From Moniliella sp. 'wahieum' (Eukaryota): 64,000 nucleotides of DNA. The translations under genes and the position numbers were made by a program. Under the pieces are notes generated by a model. The model was given only the letters and a program-made list of their open reading frames with translations, was not told the DNA's origin and ran no database searches. Below, in pieces: positions 54,691 to 64,000 of this stretch; within the stretch, counting starts at the first letter, position 1, and every line of letters starts with the position of its first letter. Location: NCBI GenBank assembly GCA_003971905.1, contig RSEE01000026.1:372001-436000 (forward strand), in the 5' to 3' direction.

Positions 54691-55580
54691 TGGGATATGG
54701 TCTGTACGCCGCGTGCCTGTGTCCTGTTCCCTGTACCCTGTACCGCCTGTGTCTTGTGGCGTGTCTGTGCCTTGTTTTGTGCCCATCCAAGGAGGGGAAG
54801 GGGGTCGCGGGCATGCGGGTATCCAATTAAAGTTGGTTGGAGTTCGTACTTGTGCTCCCCCCTCCCGCCGTTCCGTCCCCTGTCCCCCCCATCAAGGTAT
54901 TGCCCCCACCAGATATATCCGTGCCCGTTCTCGTGTTTTCGTTTTTTTTTGTATTGCCCTCCTCCTATCCACCCTTGCTTCTCTCCTCATTTCCCAGTGT
55001 CCGCCATTTCCAGCGTTGGGCCACAAAATATGGATAGGCCTCTTATCTTTGTTCCTATCCTTGGCCTGATGGTCTGGCCTGGCTTGGCTTGCGTGGTATG
55101 CGGTTGTGGTTATGGTTTGTGCTGCTAGCATTGGTAGAAACTTCAAGTTATTGGGATGTGCGTCCGTTTGGAAAGATACGTCAAGACGTTATAGTAACGA
55201 GAGTTGCCATATCGCCTCGGAACTGGAACTAAAAAGGAGAGTACTGGTTACCTCAACCAATGCGGGGCAGCTCGGTGGGCAGGCAGCGTTTGTGCTGGAT
55301 GGAAATGGGCGTGGGTGGGGGGCAGAAGGTGCGAAGCCATCAGTCGCGGGTCGCAGCTACCAGCGGTATGTTTGTGACGCGTGGAACAATGGGTCCCAGG
55401 ATGACGTGGAGTGATGCATTAGTGATGTCAGATGTAGATTGTGGGACCAACGGTTGCAGCAGACCCACCGAAAGAAAAAGCGGGGTAGCAAGTGCTGCGC
55501 TCATTCTCAGCACTCACTGTGGGCGCGCCAGGAGCAGAGTGGGTGTCAGAGCAGCCATCGCTCCTCCTCCTCCCACCACC

Positions 55581-57721
55581 ATGCCCTCCGCCCTGTCGCC
55601 CTTCGACCTCGTCGTGCCCAACATCACCCTCGCCCAGCTCCTCAGCGACACCGCCTCAGCCCCCCAGCTAACCGCACCGACGCCGACACCCCTTGCTCAT
55701 CCCCCCACCCACGCTCCGAGCCAGCGACCCCATCCCGCACGATTCCCTCGCCTCTCTGCCCCTTCTCGCGCTCGCCTCAGCGTCAACGGCGTGCGCGATC
55801 TTTCCACTCGCATCGCTGTTTCCCTCCTCGCCCCGCCCAACAAGACCTTCCCGCCCGGGACGCGGGAGAAGCACTGGCCAAGCTCTTGTCTCGTCCGTGG
55901 CCCCGCAAAGGCGTCGTCGCCCTTTTCAGCACCAACCAGCACGACTTTACTACGGTCGCGCTGGCCTTCAGCTAGCCGGCGCAGTTCCCGCGCTGTGCAA
56001 CCCGGCAGCCAAGGCGAGCGAATTTGCTCACCAACTGCTCAGCACCCATACTCAGCTCATCATTGCCACCAATAGCACCTTTGACACGGCTACCCACGCA
56101 GCCAAGTTGGCCGCCGGACAAGAGGAAGGCTTCAACTTTCAGGGTTCCCACCGCTTCCTTCCCGCCTCCGGTCTTGGTGTTTGATGAGGACTCGCCTGGA
56201 GCTATGCACGCTTTTTGCTCCGGCCTTCGCAGGAGGCCTGGCACCAGCGCAAGGCCATCTTGGATTCAGTCGTGGTGGACCCCCAATTGGATGATGCACT
56301 GTACTGCTTTAGGTGAGCACCTCTTTCACCCCCCCCTCCCCCCGTCTCTTGCTCTCTGACGCTCAAACTGGCTGTGCTTGCAGCTCTGGCGTCGGGGTTG
56401 CCCAAGGCTCTGCGCCTTTCACACCGCAACCTGGTCGCGAATGTGATCCAGCTCTACGTGCTCATGGCCAGCGACTATTACCCCCCCTTGGCCCAAACCT
56501 ACCTCCCCCAGCTCAAGCCGTGGGAGCAGAACGCTTTGCCCAATGGAAGCTCGGCGGGGTTGCCTACGTCGTGGATTCCCTCCCACCCTTTTGACTGGCA
56601 TTTCCACCTTGACATTTGCCCACCTTCCACGCCTATGGCTTGGTCAGCCAATTTGTCGCGCTCTACACTGCCACACCTCGCATTGTCTTTGCTCGCTTCC
56701 ACCTCGAGCCCTTTCTGGCAGCGTGCAAAACCATAAGGTCACATTTTCCTTTGTCGTGCCCCCATCCTCCTAGCCCTCGCCCAGCACCCCCTGGTGGACC
56801 AGTACGATCTCTCCAGCTGAGACGGATTGCTTCTGGCGCTGCGCCTCTCCCCGACCAAATTAAAGCCCAGGTCCGCCGTCGGATCGGCACGGTCATCACA
56901 GACGGATGGGGGTTGTCGGAGATGTCACCGATTGTGGCACTGCAGAATACGACTGTCACTGCGAACCAAGCGGGGGGGTGGGCAGCTTGGCTCCGGGCAC
57001 GGGGGCGCGCGTGGTGGATCTGAACACGGGCGAAGATTTGCCAGCTGGCAAGGAAGGCGAAATTGGGTCCGAGGTCCGCAGATGATGCTAGGGTACCTAA
57101 GTGGGGATGCGGAGCTGGCCACATTTGATGGCAAGCGGGTAGAGGAGGACGGAGGAGATGTCCTGCTGCCATCGGGGGCGTGGTTGAAAACGGGTGATAT
57201 TGGGCGCATTGATCAGGCACCAGTATCCTTTCGCCTGACTGGGCCCAGCAGGCCCTGGTCCGGGGCCAACTCCGCCTCACGAGCCGAATCAAGGATGTGA
57301 TCAAGATGAACGGCTTCCAAGTGTCGCCCAAAGAATTGGAGGATCACTTGTTTGATTCGCCCTTGGTTGCCGATGCGGCGGTGGTGGGGCTGCGTCGTTC
57401 GACCGCGCTCCAACGGGCTAAACGGGAGGAAGTGGGCACGGATCCGACTGCCCTGTCAACTCACCACCAAGCCAGTGCACATGCCCCAGAAGGCTTGGCT
57501 GCGCTGGTGGACGAAGTGCCGTGGGCATTTATCGTGCCCTCTGCCCAGGCACAGAAGATGAGTGTCAGTCTCGTACCGAAGAGCTTCTGAAAGAAGTCAA
57601 TGGTCAAATGGCCGGCTATAAGAAAATCCATGGGGTTGAGTGGGTGGATTCGCTGCCCAAGACTTCTTCGGGCAAGATTTTGAAGCGGGAGCTGCGAGAC
57701 CAAGCCGAGACGACGGCGTAA
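55581..57721 (+). CDS. AMP-binding acyl-CoA ligase, 4-coumarate-CoA-ligase-like
   Basis: SSG..GLPKA..SHRNLVANV, PTFHAYGL, SGAAPL, GWGLSEMSP, GPQMMLGY, WLKTGDIG, IKMNGFQVSPKELE, LPKTSSGKILKR. Intron ~56313-56383. Confidence 0.92.
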
Positions 57722-57959
57722 CCGTTTTCTGTTTTGGCACAGTGGGTATGTTATTGATGTTTGACTTGTCATTTCTCAGTGCTTTTCTCCCAAGACAACA
57801 ACCGCCTACATGGTTTTGCGATCCTAATAATACGCATCTACCAGCATATTTGTCTGCAAGCAGTAGTGTGATTCCGCAAGAGAAGAAACATAGTTGGGTG
57901 TGAGGCAGAGCTTGAGTCCATGAGAGAAGCAAAGCCAGTGTGGTTCGCCGCGTTTGCGT

Positions 57960-59245
57960 TTACACTTGCGCCTCGCCGCCCGAGATTTGAACCTTGATGA
58001 CCGACTTGCCATCGGCGCCGACACCCTTGGCCGTCGCTTCAAACGCCTGGATCGCATCATCAAACGCGTAGCGGTGGGTCACGATCTTGGAAATGGGAAG
58101 CTTGCCCGAGGCGACCAGGTCAATGGCGGTGCTGTAGGTACCGGTCGAGTAGCGGAAGGAACCAGTGAGGACAATCTCCTTGGAGTTGACCGCGGCATGG
58201 GGAACCCATTCATTGTCTTGGCCCCCGACATGCCCACTTGCACGTACCGACCTTGGCGACGAGTGGCGTTGACCCCAATGGCGATGCAAGGCGGAGCGCC
58301 GGTGCACTCGAGCACGAGATCAAATCCGCCCTTTTCAGCCACCTTGCCTCCGACCAGGTCAATCAAGTTCTTCGCGTTACGCTCCGACGCCGCGTCGGGC
58401 GTTCCCCCTCGAGCGGACGCTGCGACTTGTAAATGTGCGTAGCAGCAAACTCTTTGGCAAACTCCAGCTTCTCGTCAATAATGTCAACCACCGTCACGGT
58501 CGAAGCGCCCCAACCACGAGCGACGCCGGCGCACCCCAGCCCAATAGGGCCCGCACCAAACACCAGCACGTTCTGCAACGGCGCCACTTGGCCCCGGTCT
58601 ACCGTCGAGTACACGGCAACCGAAAGCGGTTCCATCAACGATGCCTCCTCGAGCGTCATGTGGTCCGGCACCTTGTGCGCAAACGACGAGTGCAGGTTGT
58701 AATACGTTGCTAGCGTGCCATCGTACGGCGGCGTAGCAGCAAAGATCATCTTGGGGCACTGGTTGTACCGTCCCCCGAGACACTCAGAGCACTTGAAGCA
58801 CGGTACACCCGGTTCCAACGCCACCCGGTCTCCTACCTTGAGGTTGTCCACGTTCGACCCGATCGCCGTCACGATCCCGGCCGATTCGTGGCCTAGCACC
58901 ATCGGCGCCTCCAGGACAAATTCGCCAATCGATCCGTGCTGCCAGTAGTGCACGTCGCTGCCGCAAATGCCTGTGGATTAGGATGGTGTGATGGGGGAGG
59001 AGGTTAGAACGGATTATTGGCCTTTCTGGATCAAGTGGCGACAGGAAAGAACCGAGGTGGAAGCGGTAGGGAACTGAAGGAAGAGAGGGAAAGAACGTAC
59101 CAGTCTGGCGAATGTTGACTTGCACCTCGTCAGGACCCGGGGCTTTGACGGGGCGCTGCTCAAAGCTGAGCACATTGACTTTTTCCAGGACGAGGGACTT
59201 GTTGCCGTCGGCGGGGGGGACGGGGAGGGAGTTGTTGGCGGCCAT
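57960..59245 (-). CDS. Zn-dependent xylitol/sorbitol dehydrogenase (MDR family)
   Basis: TG|ICGSDVHY (intron 58971-59100), GHESAG, C..C..C..C structural zinc motif, FAATPPYDGTL, GAGPIG, GSFRY. Confidence 0.95.
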
Positions 59246-60749
59246 GTTTACGAGGATAGAGGGGGAAAGGCGGTTCGTGAAGAAGCGTAGGTGTTGTGGG
59301 TCTGGTGGAGAGATGTGGGTAGTGGGTATGGGGTGGGAGAGGAAGGGAGAGCGGGCCCAGGAGAAAGCGAGATATATATAGGTGTGTGGCCCAGTCTCCT
59401 CCCCCTTGCTGGCCATAGTAATATGCACGCGACATCGTCCTTAGTAGCCCGTCCAACTACCTACCTCTACCCCTCCCCCGCCTCCCGACTACCCAGGGGC
59501 GCGGGGTAAACCGTGCGCGACAGCTCAACGCCACACACTGCCGCCCAGCCCGCCCGGTCGAGGTGAGGCGCAACTCGATTTCAGCCTCTTTCGTTCGACC
59601 TCGCCCGCGTCGGCTCGCTGCTGCGCCCCTGAGGCCTGAGCCTCAGGCCGGTGGACCGATTAGGCCCGCCTGGCACCGCCTTTCCCCTGCTCTCTCGTCC
59701 CCGCCGACCGCGCAATTTAACGCCGCGCCGGCTCTCCCACTGCTTACCCTCTCCCCGTCTATTTTCCCTTTCGACACTTCTGTTTCCGCCTGCTCAAGCT
59801 AGTCAAGCTCAAGCTTCCCAAGGGGTGCATAATAAACTCCCCACAGCCGCCGTCCCAGCCCCTCGTGCCCACCCAATTGCATTGTCTGTGCTGGCGGGCT
59901 GCTATGTGCGCACTTGCTCTAGTCCAGTGTCCTTCCTGGCGGACCCGAGGGGATCCTTCAAGCGTTAAACGTTAAGCGTCAAGCTTCACTTCACTCAAGC
60001 TTCTCAAGCGTTACCGTGTCCCGCGGAGGGAAAAAGTAGACGCAGCAGAATGATCGATGAGCACCTTCTGCGCTGTGAGTGAGCGCTGTTTTGAGCCTGC
60101 TCCCACGCAAACTCTCACGGTTCGTGCATCATGATAGGCTGGGACCGCCGCACCAAAAATAGTACGGTCCTGTACCGTCTCACGCTCCGTCACGGTAGAG
60201 TATAAGTATACGGCAGGCAGCTATATATAGTCAGGCCATTACCATGACCAATCTCCCTGGTACCCCCTCGCGGCATAGGACCTTGCCCCCCCCTCCCCAC
60301 CCTCTCCCCCGAATTCTATAAATGGCAAAGTTGCGAACGTGCCCCGCATGCCGCGTCATGACGTGCGCGACGTTTGGGGGAGCAATGGCAGGTCAAGCGC
60401 TTGATGCATGACGCTTGGAGTGATCGATGCTCCCACGCTCATCGGGACCTTGGTCCAACGTTAGCGTTACGTCCCAGCGTCCCACGCATTATCAAGTTGG
60501 GAGAGTAGTATAGGCCTGTTGGGGGGGGGTACATTTTGCCCTGCTGTGTTGGCAAGAATGGCGGGCTTGCCAGTACTCTTACTAGTGTCCATAAGCTCCT
60601 GCCAGCTACTCGTGTGAAGGGGAGAGCAGCGCCCTCCGCTCGACTGCCCGACCTGGTTGTTGACCCCCATTATGCACTTGGGTGGGCAATGTTCCAATGA
60701 CGACGCATTCTGGTTACACTGTGGTTGCAAGTGGCCAAGTGAGCGCGGT

Positions 60750-60759
60750 GTCACGTGAC
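60750..60759. promoter_or_regulatory. GTCACGTGAC palindrome (bHLH/Cbf1-type E-box) upstream of QCR8
   Basis: Perfect 10-bp palindrome ~250 bp before the ATG. TCACGTGAC also occurs upstream of the Rab gene (26446) and MIC26 (36935). Confidence 0.45.
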
Positions 60760-61001
60760 CGATGGCACTGAAAGATTTCACACGGCAGCCTGAGCTGGCT
60801 GCCATTAATAATGGCTGGGACGGGACTGGCGCCGTGCGGCGGCGGGTGTTCGGAGCGCGGCGGCGGTGTGGGCAGGCCCGGGTGGCAGGATCGCCACGAA
60901 ACGGCAAACGCAGCCGCGCAGCTGAGAGTTGGCCGCGCTCTGCCCTTCCTCCACCTCCACCTCCTCCTCCACCACCACCTCCTTCCCCCCCCTCTCGCCC
61001 G

Positions 61002-61754
61002 ATGCAGCCCTCGAAGCCTTCTCTCAGCGGCGGCCCCCCGGCGCCCAAGTACGTCAAGTGGGTACGTATCTTCCCTCCCTGTGCCCCCGCCTTGGCCTCC
61101 GTGCTTCCTGCCTGCGTTGGCCCGTTGGCCCCATCCTTCCGCACCTTCTCTGTTGAGTGTGGTCCACTGACCTCTGCCGCCTCTCTTCTCTCGTACGCTT
61201 GCTTGTGCGTCTAGCTCGGATGGTGGGGCAACATCTCTGGGTACGGCCAGGTCGGCCAGGCTCAGCGTGGTATCATCACCTACAGTATGTCCTTTCTTTC
61301 CCCTACGTCGCGGGCGCCTTTGGACACGGCCTGCGCTGCGGTGGGCAGGGTGCTGGGCCCGTGAGAAGTAGGGAGGGGGTCCGGCGCTGGTCCTTGATTG
61401 GCCTTGCAAGCTTTTTGCCCCCCCCCTCCTTTCCCGGTCGCCCTTGGATGCCCTCTGCGGCGCCATGCTCCCCCTCCATACGCCTGCGGCCTTGGGATGG
61501 GTACCTCTTGGTAGGCTGGGTGGCTAACGTTGGTCTTCTCTTTTGTTGCATTTTTTCAGCCTTCGCCGAACCAGGTGAGCATCACGCGGCACATGATCCG
61601 TGACCACGCCAAGTGGTTCGTCATTCGTGCGGGCCGGCAGCGTGGGCGGTGGTACCGCTTGCTTGCTGTACTATGGGTGCTCGAATGGTCCAAGGCCGAC
61701 AACCACTTCCGCGCGTCCAAGGCTGGCTTGCTCAAGTACGGCCACCACGAGTAA
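61002..61754 (+). CDS. QCR8: Cytochrome bc1 complex subunit 8
   Basis: KYVKW|LGWWGNI..AQRGIITY (intron 61062-61214; next intron starts at 61285); C-terminal WVLEWSKADNHFRASKAG. The middle exon is unclear. Confidence 0.82.
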
Positions 61755-62563
61755 CTTGTAACCTAGTAACTTAGGAACGTCGTAACCTCGACGCCTTAGA
61801 CTAAGACCAAGCTCAAGACTTTCTTTGTCTCCCTCCCTTGCTTGGTGCGAGGAAGTAGACAGAAATTGATTCAAGTTGCTCAAGTGACTAGTGACGCAGG
61901 TGTGTGGTGTGTGCCGCCGAGTGGCGACGTACCGTGAACGTTGAACGGCAGTTGAGGCCAAACGGTATAGGGGTGCAGTGTACGGCTGGGCTAGGATTCA
62001 GGTAGGTCAGCTGCTTGGTAATACCGAATGTCAAGGTGAATTGTGCTTTGGAGAGGCGAGGGCCACTTAACCCCCTCTAGTGGGCCACTATCTTGGCGCC
62101 CCAACTCACTGTGTTTTCTGTTGGCAAGCTGAGAGAGTCTTCGAAACGCTAAGCTAAGCTGAACTACGCTAAGCTACGTTGATCCAACTGAGATGGAGCG
62201 AATTAGATGGAGGATAGATTGCAAGATCCCATTGCTCCCATCAAATGATGCATCATGCAAGGCAAGAGGAAAAGGGACCGGGCTGCAAAGAAAGACAATG
62301 AGACCGGATCACCAGCACTCGCACCGCACAAGAAAACTAGAAAAAAAACGTCGATGCGAGTGCCAAGATGAGGTATCCTTGGGAGAAGAGAAAAGAGCAG
62401 AAAGGAAAGAGCACAAGACCAGCTTGCCGATCCTCTGGCCCGGGTGGCAGGGCAAAACCCGGCGGGCCAGGGGCAAGACGTTATAGGAACGGGAATTGGA
62501 AAGGGAATTGGAATGGAAATCGGAACGAACGGACGCGCCAACAGAGAGATGGAACGTTAGGCG

Positions 62564-63824
62564 TTAGGCATCAAAACCCCATTTGACCGAGGCCGACGAG
62601 GTGACAATCTTATTGTACTCCGACCCAACCGCAATAAAGTTCTCCGTCGTGTCGGGGACCCACTCGACCACCTGCGCCTTGGTCTTCTTGCCGTCGTCCG
62701 TGACGATGGTGATCCACTTGCCACACGAGTCTTGCAACTTCTCATTCGGGTACGCCTTGGAGGGTCCAATGGCGACCGTGATGGTATCCTTGGGCGTCTG
62801 GATCCCAGGGCACCACTCGGGATCAATCACGTCCCACCACTCGAGCGTGGCATTGTACGTAGCCACCGTCTTGGCCGCGTCCGAAGCCTTGGCGGAGGCA
62901 GAGGCGGAAACTGACGAAGCAACGTGCGCAACCTTGTTCTCCACTTGCTTGGCTGCCGAAGACGATGCCGATTCCGACGCCGACGCGGACGACTTGGCCT
63001 GCGCCGAGCTGCTAGGACCGCAGGGGAAGGCGTACCGTCATCAAAGGACCATTCGACGTTGAAGATGCCCAGCACGTGTTCGGCCAGCTTGCCAAACAGG
63101 CCGTACGTCAGGTCAATGTCGCAGGCGTTGAGGCAGGTCTGGGTCGAAGCTGCCAGACGGAGCAAGCGAAGCGGTGTCAGTACGAGAGTTGGATGCGCCG
63201 CTATCCACGGGCAAGGTAGTCAGATAGTGAGGCAGTATACGTACGCGACTCGGGGCACTCGTCCATGATGCGCGCCTTTTGGCTGCCGAGAATACCCTTG
63301 ATGGTGATGGTCTTGGAGCAGAGCTTCGCGCGCTGATGCCCTGCTTGGCAAAGTAGTCGTAGCCAGGCGTGGCAAGAGCGACACCCATCTGAATTAAACA
63401 AACGGCACCACCACCACAAATCGCACAACAGGAGAGTCAGCAACCGTGTATCTCACGGTCCAGGACGGGAGCCACGGTGGTCGGTGCACTGGACCCAGGT
63501 CCTGGGCACCACAAATGAGCAAACGAGATGGAGAGGGGAGAGAATACGAACCGTGTTGTCGTTCATGAGCGTGCCGCAGCTGCCAACAGGGCTAGGGCCC
63601 TCGCTGGCAGGGTGGTAGAAGGTGGCCTGGCCCTGGATGCCACGGGCAGCGACCTGGGCGGAAAGGGTGGCGTTGTTGGCAATGTACTCATGGCGGCCCG
63701 GGCGGGGGGTGGGGTACGGCGCTGGTAGTGGCCGCCAACAGCACGGCGCTGGGGCGCGTGGTGGCCAGCGCGCACTGGACGCGGTGAGCGCGAGCAGGAG
63801 CGAGGTAAGGAGAGTGGACTTCAT
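62564..63824 (-). CDS. Secreted RlpA-like double-psi beta-barrel (expansin/loosenin-like) protein
   Basis: Signal peptide MKSTLLTSLLLALTA; GQATFYHP..GSCG (intron follows); C.KTITI..ARIMDECP; DIDLTYGLF..LGIFNVEWSF; S/A linker; second DPBB-like unit. Confidence 0.8.
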
Positions 63825-64000
63825 GGCGAGTAGAGAGCGTGGAGTGGAGGTGCAGGGATGGTGGTGCAGGGGGCAGAGGACACACGATCCGGCGCGTGAC
63901 GCTACGGGCGGCGGGGAGGAGCGAGGTGGGGGTGTGTGGGGGGAGGAGGAGCGGGAGGGCTCTGCTGGTTCGGGGGTTAAAGCCCAAGGAGCCCACGGGC

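Noticed and set aside
55581..59245. 4CL-like ligase plus dehydrogenase as a secondary-metabolite cluster
   Set aside because: There is no PKS, NRPS, terpene synthase or transporter nearby, and the neighbours are housekeeping genes.

Overview
Eukaryotic, GC-rich fungal DNA, most consistent with a basidiomycete (probably Ustilaginomycotina; inferred from gene content and short GT-AG introns with CTRAC branch points). Nearly every conserved gene, even ATP2, is broken by small indels, which points to an unpolished long-read assembly. The ORF track therefore fragments real genes, and CDS ends below are approximate. Recognisable genes: RTC3/SDO1-like, PEX26-like, a divergent beta-NAC, MGR3-like, a TFIIIC delta-type subunit, cytochrome b5-acyl-CoA dehydrogenase, carboxypeptidase S, an HSP20-like protein, a Rab2/4-like GTPase, a Zn2Cys6 factor, sphingolipid delta-8 desaturase, MIC26/27, ATP2, SLM1-like, a homeobox factor, a 4CL-like ligase, xylitol/sorbitol dehydrogenase, QCR8, a DPBB/expansin-like protein, and two intron-containing tRNAs (Asp-GTC, Ala-CGC). 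I cannot demonstrate a new biological system. The best leads are: (i) lower-GC islands with orphan ORFs and possible hAT-transposase relics, above all 46.6-51.3 kb; (ii) the divergent beta-NAC paralogue behind a periodic TATA-like array; (iii) two palindromic motif families that recur in intergenic DNA (TTGAACGTTCAA-like and CTCAG/CTGAG); (iv) unusual domain layouts (tandem DPBB, a Rab with a ~100-aa insert).
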